Virus record (IMG/VR): IMGVR_UViG_3300044676_003475
Span: 1-25,184 of that record
Strand: one strand, 5' to 3'
Origin: a virus
Lineage: Duplodnaviria > Caudoviricetes
Length of the DNA: 25,184 nt
A program made the position numbers and the translations under genes. Position 1 is the first letter of the stretch; each line of letters opens with the position of its first letter. Below the pieces are notes generated by a model that was not told the DNA's origin, did no database searches, and saw only the letters and a program-made list of their open reading frames with translations. Of the stretch, positions 1 to 7,154 are shown one piece after another.

Positions 1-158
1 CGGGAGACTCGGAGGTTTCTTATTCGGTTGCGGACAAGATTGCGGAGCGTTTTAACCAAAAAAACAGCACGATACAACGCTGTCAGGAAAGACTAAACGC
101 CGCCGCAGAACATATGGGACACCAATTTATAACTGACCTAGTTGAGGAGGGTTACTGA
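1..158 (+). CDS. Hypothetical protein, 5'-truncated by window edge
   Basis: Frame starting at base 3 is open to TGA 156-158 (GDSEVSYSVADKIAERF...LVEEGY*); ends 1 nt before next ATG. Confidence 0.65.
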   Translation, partial: GDSEVSYSVADKIAERFNQKNSTIQRCQERLNAAAEHMGHQFITDLVEEGY

Positions 159-159
159 A

Positions 160-495
160 ATGGTTGCACAAGAATACCGAAACATAAAACCACACTTCGT
201 ACACGCGGATCATATGCCAATGGTTTGCCGGTGGTCTTGCATCCTGTTGGATCAGGATACAGAGAACCCACCATTTGAACCGGCGCGATACTTTGTGGTC
301 AATGTGTTTGCTGAAACAAAAGACGCAGTGTTGGATTGTTTAGGTGAGGAGTATCCGTGGTGCGATATTATGTATGTTGATAAGGCACTCGGTGGACATA
401 GTGACGATGATTTCCTAGAATCATGGTTGCATTATTTTGATGCAAACAATGCACAACCAGTAAGGGAGGCACCACATGGCAACGCTAGTAATTAA
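160..495 (+). CDS. Hypothetical early phage protein
   Basis: ORF 142..495; ATG 160 preferred because GAGGAGG lies at 144-150. Confidence 0.75.
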   Translation: MVAQEYRNIKPHFVHADHMPMVCRWSCILLDQDTENPPFEPARYFVVNVFAETKDAVLDCLGEEYPWCDIMYVDKALGGHSDDDFLESWLHYFDANNAQPVREAPHGNASN

Positions 496-721
496 GGAAG
501 GGGAGAAACCCTACATTGAGGACACTTGGAACCTTGACGATTTCCGGAATGTCGCTGACGGATACGATACCGAGACTTTTACTGATGAGGAACTGATTCA
601 GGCAATGGAGAGAGTAGCGGATAACTTTGACGCAAACGAGGGGATAACGTGGGAGACCCTTGAAGCCGGTCTTGATTTCATAGTATGGGAAAGGAGGAGA
701 AAGAATGATCACAACAAGTAG
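476..721 (+). CDS. Hypothetical acidic phage protein (81 aa)
   Basis: ORF preceded by GGGAGG; short overlaps with both neighbours. Confidence 0.75.
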   Translation: MATLVIKEGEKPYIEDTWNLDDFRNVADGYDTETFTDEELIQAMERVADNFDANEGITWETLEAGLDFIVWERRRKNDHNK

Positions 722-911
722 AAACGAGAACAAAACCCGTGTGGATTACCTTGTTTACAAACAAGTAAGCGAAGCACTCGACGACCTAAAGAAGGCCGCG
801 ACATTGATACACGATACCGGAGAGACCGAATCCGACCGGTTGGACAAGGCCGTTTGTTTTACGCAAGATGCGATTGACCAACTGGATTATTTCCTGAAGG
901 AGAATGCATGA
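705..911 (+). CDS. Hypothetical helical phage protein (68 aa)
   Basis: AGGAGG upstream; ATGA overlap with next ORF. Confidence 0.7.
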   Translation: MITTSRNENKTRVDYLVYKQVSEALDDLKKAATLIHDTGETESDRLDKAVCFTQDAIDQLDYFLKENA

Positions 912-1066
912 AAACTGAAACAATTATTCCCGACGATGTTTTGGAATCAAACGAACTGGACGTGGTGTCTGATGCGATTGTCGAATACATCACGAACAAG
1001 ACCGGCTTTTGCGTAAACACTTTGTCTTATAATATTGAGGTTACCTATGAACTCGACGAGACCTAA
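908..1066 (+). CDS. Small hypothetical protein (52 aa, MKTETIIPDD...YELDET), below ORF-track cutoff
   Basis: Translated by hand; AAGGAG RBS, ATGA coupling, fills the gap between neighbours. Confidence 0.7.
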   Translation: MKTETIIPDDVLESNELDVVSDAIVEYITNKTGFCVNTLSYNIEVTYELDET

Positions 1067-1322
1067 CACAATTTGCCATCCTGAAGCACTCGCAGACTGG
1101 AGAGCAAACGATGAAGACGCGCATAGTTACTTAACTACAGTACAAGAACAAATCAATATCGGGAGAACACAAGATGCAAGTACACGTGAACATAGTACGT
1201 ACGACAACAAAGTACAAAAAGAGCAAGAGAAGTTTGAAGGATTACTCGCACGACGTCTTGAAGACGCCATCGAGCAAGAAACTCGGAAGCGCGGGACGAT
1301 ACGTAAAGAAGGGGAAGCTTAA
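1047..1322 (+). CDS. Hypothetical protein overlapping the GP88-like gene
   Basis: ATG 1047 after GAGG; 149-nt overlap with 1174..1860 lowers confidence. Confidence 0.5.
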   Translation: MNSTRPNTICHPEALADWRANDEDAHSYLTTVQEQINIGRTQDASTREHSTYDNKVQKEQEKFEGLLARRLEDAIEQETRKRGTIRKEGEA

Positions 1323-1860
1323 AGGTGCTGAAGTCTACACCCTGACACTGACCGAGCGCGAAACCTGCCCGACATCGTGTGGACACTGGGACGATTGTTA
1401 CGGGAACAATATGCCGTTTGCCCATCGGCTTGAGCATGGCAGGGAGCTTGAAGATCGATTGATTGAGGAGGTGGGGGAGAAATGCCGGCTTGCCGCTAGT
1501 AAAGACCGTAAGGTACTGGTTCGATTGCATGTACTCGGGGACTTTTACAGTGTGGAATATGTGCAGTTATGGCGTAAGCTTTTGGTCTTGCACAAGAACC
1601 TCTATGTGTGGGGTTATACCCACGTCACACCATCGGATAACCTGCAAATCTACCACGAACTCACACTAGCGCGGGACGGGTTTCCAGAGAGGTGGGCTGT
1701 ACGATGGAGCGACACTTGCGGAAAGTTTAGTGCGAACAGTGAGGAGTTGACCGACGAGGGTATCGTGTGTCCGGAACAGACGGGACAAACGCAAGCCTGT
1801 ACCACGTGTTCTTTGTGTTGGGATGCTCCCGATAAAAACATCATTTTCAAAACGCATTGA
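1174..1860 (+). CDS. GP88-like (gene product 88) Cys-rich protein, probable Fe-S/radical-SAM-like fold
   Basis: Motifs TCPTSC...DCY, VRLHVLGDFY, WGYT and C-terminal CPEQ...CTTCSLCW. Confidence 0.75.
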   Translation: MQVHVNIVRTTTKYKKSKRSLKDYSHDVLKTPSSKKLGSAGRYVKKGKLKGAEVYTLTLTERETCPTSCGHWDDCYGNNMPFAHRLEHGRELEDRLIEEVGEKCRLAASKDRKVLVRLHVLGDFYSVEYVQLWRKLLVLHKNLYVWGYTHVTPSDNLQIYHELTLARDGFPERWAVRWSDTCGKFSANSEELTDEGIVCPEQTGQTQACTTCSLCWDAPDKNIIFKTH

Positions 1861-2081
1861 ATGAACTCGATAAACTCGACATCCACAACCAAAAGGAAAG
1901 GAAGGTGCGACAAGATAGGAAAGTTAAATCGACTCTAGGGTTTTGGCATCCCCAACTTAAAAAGCGCGTACAATGTTACGGCGCGATACAAGCTGATTAC
2001 TGGGGAGGGCGCGCGCGAGGCCGATACACCCCAGCCGCGCTCATCGCCTTGACCTACTTACTTTTTTGCTTAAATTAATTG

Positions 2082-2110
2082 TTGATGTATGTCTTTTTTT
2101 AACGTACAAA
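2082..2110 (+). promoter_or_regulatory. Putative sigma70 promoter for the DUF932 operon
   Basis: TTGATG-17 bp-TACAAA in AT-rich intergenic DNA, followed by hairpin 2118-2139 and RBS AGAGGA. Confidence 0.5.
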
Positions 2111-2159
2111 ATACCTACCGGATCGGACTGGCCGACCGGAACAAAGAGGACTTTTAGTC

Positions 2160-3167
2160 ATGAACGCAATAGTAAACAACCCAGAGCGCACCGCTCAGCG
2201 TATCCAAGATGGTTTGGAATTCACGCACAGCAATCCGCTTAATGTTGACTTCTTCCGTGAACTCGGAAGTGTCCAAAAAGAAGCGATGTATGACCGCGAC
2301 CGGAATTTGATCGAGGGATACTACGCACTCAAAAACAGCGCGACTCAGGAGCTTATCGGATCGCCACCAGTAGCTAAAACTTACAAACTGGTTGATCACG
2401 CACTAGCTTTCCAAGAACAGGCGCGGAGCATTCTCGAGAATCCATCGTTGCCGCATGACAACCTGACAGTCGTCGACCGTATTTTCGACAATGGCCGCCG
2501 CGCAACTCGCGCTGTTTACTTTAACGACCTCACTTTCGACATCGACGGGAAGGGACAAGGGATCACAGCACGAGCGGACATTATCAACAGCGTCGATATG
2601 TCTTGGGCTTTCCAAGTCTTCTCAGGAGCTTATCGGGATTACTGCCGTAATACCTGCGTTTTTGGCGGACAAAAAGCCTACCACCAGAAACGGAAGCACA
2701 CCGCCAACCTGTCGGTATCCGCAATGATCGCGAAGTCTACTCTCGGTCTCGGTATGTTCAACTCGCATCGCGACCAGATGAACGCATGGAAAACTATCGA
2801 CCTGCACCCGTCCCAGTGGGTTGAGATTCTCGAGAATACGATCTGCAAGAAGGGAGGGGAGGCCGCCGCGCTTAGCGTCGACAAATCAACCCGCGTCAAT
2901 GGCCGTTTGCTCGACTACATGAACCACCGTTTCAAGGAGGAACAGCGCGAATTGGGTTCTAGCATGTGGGCGGGATACAACGCGCTGACACACTGGGCAA
3001 CTCACGTCGATGAAACATGGGAGCGGGAGAACGAAGACGGCACACTGTCTGAACTCTCGACCTCTCGCGGTAACAGCAACCCGCACCGCGTCCGACTACA
3101 AAGGGAAGCCAAGGTGCGGAATGTACTCGAGTCGCCCTACTGGCTCGCACTGGAACAGGCCGCATGA
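2160..3167 (+). CDS. DUF932-like protein
   Basis: INSVDMSW...SGAYRDYCRN..VFG...KHT and W.GYNALTHWATH resemble DUF932 motifs (NSxDGS, RxxCxN, YNAxT). Confidence 0.75.
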   Translation: MNAIVNNPERTAQRIQDGLEFTHSNPLNVDFFRELGSVQKEAMYDRDRNLIEGYYALKNSATQELIGSPPVAKTYKLVDHALAFQEQARSILENPSLPHDNLTVVDRIFDNGRRATRAVYFNDLTFDIDGKGQGITARADIINSVDMSWAFQVFSGAYRDYCRNTCVFGGQKAYHQKRKHTANLSVSAMIAKSTLGLGMFNSHRDQMNAWKTIDLHPSQWVEILENTICKKGGEAAALSVDKSTRVNGRLLDYMNHRFKEEQRELGSSMWAGYNALTHWATHVDETWERENEDGTLSELSTSRGNSNPHRVRLQREAKVRNVLESPYWLALEQAA

Positions 3168-3253
3168 TTGAGTTGCTCGGACTCATCACACGGCTCGCGG
3201 GGATAGCACTTGCTATCCTCATCGTGACAACAATATTGGCCTCTATGGCCTAA
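3164..3253 (+). CDS. 29-aa single-pass membrane microprotein (MIELLGLITRLAGIALAILIVTTILASMA)
   Basis: Translated by hand; ATGA overlap with DUF932 stop; fills gap to next RBS; long hydrophobic run. Confidence 0.6.
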   Translation: MIELLGLITRLAGIALAILIVTTILASMA

Positions 3254-3265
3254 GGATTTGAAACC

Positions 3266-3700
3266 ATGAAAACTTTAGAAACATTCAAGACTGACCTCGG
3301 CACACTACGCACCGACCTAAACGCAACGACCTACAAAGTCGAAAAGGTGCAGGAACTCTTGAGCGACCTAGTTGAAAAACTCGACGGGATCTACGACCAG
3401 TCAGTATCCAACAAGGATCAGGCCGTCGACCTAGTACGCGCCGCCGACGATCTGAAACCCGCAAAGGATAATCGCGCTTTGTGTTCTTCTCATTACCGAA
3501 TGCTCGCTATCCTGAACGAGTATGGCGTAATGCACCGCGAACACATCGCGAGAATCTTAGGAGTGAAACCCGAAACGATTGGACAGTATGCCCACATCGT
3601 GAAACACCATGGACTCGCACACTTGAAAACGCGGCGGGGTGTTGTTAGTCTTCAATCACTGGCCGATGGGGTCAGCGATAATACAAACTTTAAGATCTAA
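3266..3700 (+). CDS. Coiled-coil plus (winged) helix-turn-helix DNA-binding protein
   Basis: N-terminal heptads; C-terminal HREHIARILGVKPETIGQYAHIVK HTH pattern; AAGGA RBS. Confidence 0.7.
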   Translation: MKTLETFKTDLGTLRTDLNATTYKVEKVQELLSDLVEKLDGIYDQSVSNKDQAVDLVRAADDLKPAKDNRALCSSHYRMLAILNEYGVMHREHIARILGVKPETIGQYAHIVKHHGLAHLKTRRGVVSLQSLADGVSDNTNFKI

Positions 3701-3711
3701 GGGGATCAAAG

Positions 3712-3924
3712 ATGAAAACTGAAACAACCTTGAACTTCACAGCCGAGCAACTCAACGAACTGAAGCGCATTGTCGATACCGTTGGTTGGGCGACACGCAA
3801 CGACGAGACAGGGCATATTGATGCTTACGTCTCAGAAACCCGCATGAAGTTTGCGAAGGATCTGGCCGGTGTTCTTGGCCGCATGGATACCGCCGCGATT
3901 GTCGGTACATCCGAAGGGATCTAA
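3712..3924 (+). CDS. Hypothetical protein (70 aa)
   Basis: AAGGGG RBS; last ORF before terminator. Confidence 0.7.
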   Translation: MKTETTLNFTAEQLNELKRIVDTVGWATRNDETGHIDAYVSETRMKFAKDLAGVLGRMDTAAIVGTSEGI

Positions 3925-3943
3925 GACTACCATTCCCTCATTT

Positions 3944-3969
3944 GCCCCGCTTCATGCGGGGTTTTTTTT
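3944..3969 (+). terminator. Intrinsic terminator of early cluster
   Basis: GCCCCGC-TTCAT-GCGGGGT followed by T run. Confidence 0.9.
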
Positions 3970-4470
3970 GCCCGTCTTATAGTCACTTCCCGCCTTACCG
4001 CCGGTATGCCCAGAAAATACCGTAAGGTCTTACCGCCACTGGGGATTGTGTTTTTCGGGTGTGTCCATAGTTGCTATATATCACGCCCCAGACATTCGGG
4101 TTTTTCCAAAGGGACAGGGGAGGATGACCCAGTTGATTCAACTCTACGGGGTTGGCATCACAAGAAAACACAGACAGGGGGGCGCGTATGTGTGCGCGCG
4201 GAGTGAATCCCTACCGGTTTGGCCTATGGTGTGGCGCGTGGTGTGAATCTGTTGGGTTCACTGAGGGTGGTAGCAGGAGCCCCCAAAGAAAAGATAAATA
4301 AATCAATGGGTTGGGGGTGGCAAGGGACACGGGGGGGTGCCCCTGCTAGTGCTAGCAATCCCCCCATATTTTTTTGGGTTTTGGAAATGGTGTTTCACGC
4401 AATGTTTCACATGCCGGCTTACCATTGGTACCACCGTTGGGAAGCCAGCCGGCTTACCGTCGGGGGTTAC
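3970..4470. other. Non-coding repeat/hairpin-rich block; probable terminus/packaging or origin region
   Basis: No credible ORFs, G/C runs, CTTACC repeats and inverted repeats; lies between early terminator and terS. Confidence 0.5.
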
Positions 4471-4475
4471 GGGGC

Positions 4476-4512
4476 AAAAAAAAGCCCCGACAGCAGGGGA
4501 TACTGTCAGGGC
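4476..4512 (-). terminator. Intrinsic terminator on minus strand
   Basis: Minus strand GCCCTGACAGTA-TCCCC-TGCTGTCGGGGC-T8: 12-bp stem whose two G-U pairs only form on this strand. Confidence 0.85.
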
Positions 4513-4578
4513 GCGGGGAGGGTGGTAAGCGTGGAGTTAACCAGTCGGTAATCTATGGGTTTACCCCGGCGGGCTTAC
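4476..4578 (-). ncRNA. Putative ~100-nt small RNA
   Basis: Bounded by promoter 4613-4585 and terminator 4512-4476; contains no AUG/GUG start. Confidence 0.65.
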
Positions 4579-4584
4579 AATCCC

Positions 4585-4613
4585 ATTGTACAGTCCAGAT
4601 TTCCATCCGTCAA
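4585..4613 (-). promoter_or_regulatory. Sigma70 promoter driving the sRNA
   Basis: Minus strand TTGACG-17 bp-TACAAT. Confidence 0.75.
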
Positions 4614-4669
4614 TAGCTACGGGAAATATATTTTTTTTCTCTTATTTTCTAGTACTCTGAGTACGTCTA

Positions 4670-4699
4670 TTGACAAAATTCTAAACCGACCCCCATAAT
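4670..4699 (+). promoter_or_regulatory. Sigma70-like promoter of packaging/structural operon
   Basis: TTGACA-18 bp-CATAAT with upstream AT-rich tract 4624-4650; divergent from the sRNA promoter. Confidence 0.65.
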
Positions 4700-4815
4700 G
4701 AATCTGTACCGGGGCCGAAATGGCAGGGGAAATCAACTTTTATAGTCCATGTGAACCAAAGTTCCGAGACCACGGGCCCCACGTACACTTTTTATTACAT
4801 ATATATGGTAAAACC

Positions 4816-5226
4816 ATGAACCTCCTCCCCCAGCAACGGAAGAAACGTGACCTCTCCGACCAACAACAAGCTTTCCTTACCGCACTCTTCGAGAACGGAG
4901 GTAACTTCTCGAGGGCTTGCGAGGTGTCAGGTTACTCGCAAGGTTCCATCGGGCACCTTAAAGAGTCTCTTGCCGACGAAATTATCGAAGGAGCACGGAA
5001 TATTCTTGCAGGTGGTGCTCTTAAGGCCGCGAATAAGCTCGTCTCAACCATTGACGCGCCGGAAATCGAGCGTGGAGATAACGTACGGCTCCAAGCCGCT
5101 GAATCTCTCCTCAACCGAGTGGGTCTCGGGAAACAGGAGACTCACAATGTCAATGTCCAAGCTGTACATGGGGTGGTACTACTCCCCCCGAAGAAAGAGA
5201 TGGTTATAGAACATGGCGAAGGATAA
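4816..5226 (+). CDS. terS: Putative terminase small subunit
   Basis: LSDQQQAFL...GGNFSRACEVSGYS HTH-like N-terminus, RLQAAESLLNRVG, C-terminal VVLLPPK; upstream of terL; ATG 4816 preferred over 4720. Confidence 0.7.
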   Translation: MNLLPQQRKKRDLSDQQQAFLTALFENGGNFSRACEVSGYSQGSIGHLKESLADEIIEGARNILAGGALKAANKLVSTIDAPEIERGDNVRLQAAESLLNRVGLGKQETHNVNVQAVHGVVLLPPKKEMVIEHGEG

Positions 5227-5446
5227 ACCTTACACAAATCCCCCTCGCGATCCGAATTGGACAGGGGCTCCTCCACTGGGTAAACAACGTGATTACAACA
5301 AAGATGCTCGCACTCAGTACCAAGAAAACAGAGACAATGAAGATTCCGCTGTCAAAAAGACGCGGGGATCGAGTATGCCAACTTCTTCACGTATCAAAGA
5401 GTCTAAAGACAACATAGTCAGGACTCCTAGACGTATTATAACGTAG
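5213..5446 (+). CDS. Small basic hypothetical protein
   Basis: Fills gap between terS and terL. Confidence 0.65.
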   Translation: MAKDKPYTNPPRDPNWTGAPPLGKQRDYNKDARTQYQENRDNEDSAVKKTRGSSMPTSSRIKESKDNIVRTPRRIIT

Positions 5447-5447
5447 T

Positions 5448-7154
5448 ATGAGCGAAGAAACGGTTGAAGAACAGCCAAAACGAAAGCCGGGACGCCCAAA
5501 AAAGGACCCGAATGCACCCAAAAGCCGCTACCATCTCTCTACTGCGGAAAAAGCGCGTCGAGCGACTCAAACCTCGATAAGACGCTCTAAGAAAGAGGCG
5601 GAAAAGAAACGAGCCGCCGCTACAAAACAAGCATATCGTGCATCAGTACGAGAAAAAGCCGCCTCCAAGGTCGAAACAGCCCTAAAGGGCGAAAAGTCAC
5701 GGGTAATCGACCAAGGAGACCTGAATGAATTACCGAAAGCTGTTTCAGACCTCGTTGGTGAGTCTGAGATCGTATTCCAGCCTAATGGAGGACCTCAAGA
5801 AGAGTTTCTCAGTGCTCCAGAGCAGGATGTGTTATATGGCGGGGCGGCCGGCGGCGGAAAAAGCTTCGCTCTTCTTGCTGACCCTCTCCGCTATTGTCAC
5901 AACCCTAACCATCGGGGGCTTCTTCTCCGCCGTACTCTCGATGAATTGACTGAACTCATATCAAAGTCGAAACAACTGTATCCCAAAGCGTTTCCCGGTG
6001 CCACATTCCGTGAAAGTAAGTCGACGTGGGTCTTCCCCTCTGGAGCGACCATATGGTTCTCGTACCTCGACAAAGATAAAGATGTCACTCGATACCAAGG
6101 ACAGGCATTTAATTGGATAGCCATTGATGAAGTCACTCAGTATCCCACACCCTATGTATGGGAATACCTTCGGTCCCGTCTACGGAGTACCGACGAGGAG
6201 TTGTCCCAAAACTTATCAATGCGATGTACAGCTAACCCCGGCGGCGTTGGCGGCTGGTGGGTCAAAAAAATGTACATTGACCAAGGAGAACCCGGTAAGC
6301 CCTTCGTTCCATCCGATTTGGAATCGGGAAAGCCATACGTATACCCGGATGGACATGAAAAGGCAGGCAAGCCGCTCTACTGGCGAAAATTCATCCCGGC
6401 CAGACTTACTGACAACCCGTACCTTATGCGGGACGGCCAGTACGAAGCCATGCTCCTCTCTCTCCCAGAAGTGGAGCGAAAGCGTTTACTTGATGGCGAC
6501 TGGGACGTTGCAGAAGGTTGTGCATTCCCAGAGTTTAACAAGCTCAAGCATTGCGTCGATCCTTACGACCTGCCAACCAACTGGCCCCGAATCAGAGCGG
6601 CCGACTACGGCTACGCAAGCCCTTCGTGCGTACTCTGGGGTGCAATCGATTGGGACAACAACATATGGGTCTATCGAGAACTTTACGTAAAACACTTTAC
6701 AGCAGAGCAACTTGCCGCTAAAATATTAGAAATGGAGGAGTACGATCCTACTCCTCACTATGCTGTATTAGATAAATCGTGCTGGAACCGTACAGGATAC
6801 GGGCCTTCCATCGCAGAAACGATGATACGGTCAGGCTGTCGTTGGACACCATCAGACAGTAATCGTATAGCGGGTAAGATGGAAATCCACAGCCGCCTCG
6901 GGGATAACCAGTTTACTGGCAAACCCACTGTCAAGTTTTTTAACACGTGTACAAACATAATAAAACAACTCGCTGGAATACCGCTATCTAAAACAAATTC
7001 AGAAGACGTCGACACAAAAGCTGAAGATCACGCCTATGACGCATTGCGTTATATGTTGATGACTCGCACATCTGGTTACGTCTCTATCCACAAAACTCTT
7101 AACGATATTAAGAATAGCACGTTCCAGCCACAGGATGCAACCTTCGGATACTAA
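5448..7154 (+). CDS. terL: Terminase large subunit
   Basis: Walker A YGGAAGGGKS, Walker B WIAIDE, coupling motif TANPGG, nuclease ADYG and DHAYDALRY. Confidence 0.95.
   Translation: MSEETVEEQPKRKPGRPKKDPNAPKSRYHLSTAEKARRATQTSIRRSKKEAEKKRAAATKQAYRASVREKAASKVETALKGEKSRVIDQGDLNELPKAVSDLVGESEIVFQPNGGPQEEFLSAPEQDVLYGGAAGGGKSFALLADPLRYCHNPNHRGLLLRRTLDELTELISKSKQLYPKAFPGATFRESKSTWVFPSGATIWFSYLDKDKDVTRYQGQAFNWIAIDEVTQYPTPYVWEYLRSRLRSTDEELSQNLSMRCTANPGGVGGWWVKKMYIDQGEPGKPFVPSDLESGKPYVYPDGHEKAGKPLYWRKFIPARLTDNPYLMRDGQYEAMLLSLPEVERKRLLDGDWDVAEGCAFPEFNKLKHCVDPYDLPTNWPRIRAADYGYASPSCVLWGAIDWDNNIWVYRELYVKHFTAEQLAAKILEMEEYDPTPHYAVLDKSCWNRTGYGPSIAETMIRSGCRWTPSDSNRIAGKMEIHSRLGDNQFTGKPTVKFFNTCTNIIKQLAGIPLSKTNSEDVDTKAEDHAYDALRYMLMTRTSGYVSIHKTLNDIKNSTFQPQDATFGY

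Noticed and set aside
1857-2078. 73-aa ORF after the GP88-like gene
   Set aside because: TTG start without RBS and runs into promoter-like AT-rich DNA; unsupported though not excluded
4391-4410. parS site (TGTTTCAC twice)
   Set aside because: Half-sites are direct repeats, not the 16-bp palindrome TGTTTCACGTGAAACA; no parAB in window
3994-4460. CRISPR mini-array suggested by 35-bp periodicity
   Set aside because: Repeats are only 9-11 bp with two copies each; no cas genes
4006-4616. Five overlapping + strand ORFs
   Set aside because: Mutually overlapping, unusual composition, downstream of a strong terminator and across structured non-coding signals
4476-4790. tRNA gene
   Set aside because: No cloverleaf, T-loop GTTCRA or CCA end recognisable by eye
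4789-4813. Protelomerase telRL site
   Set aside because: Perfect palindrome is only 10 bp, much shorter than known tel sites; the 7155 protein has TGGR rather than the TGRR typical of protelomerases
4720-4815. Upstream extension of terS
   Set aside because: No RBS; lies within the structured leader just after the promoter
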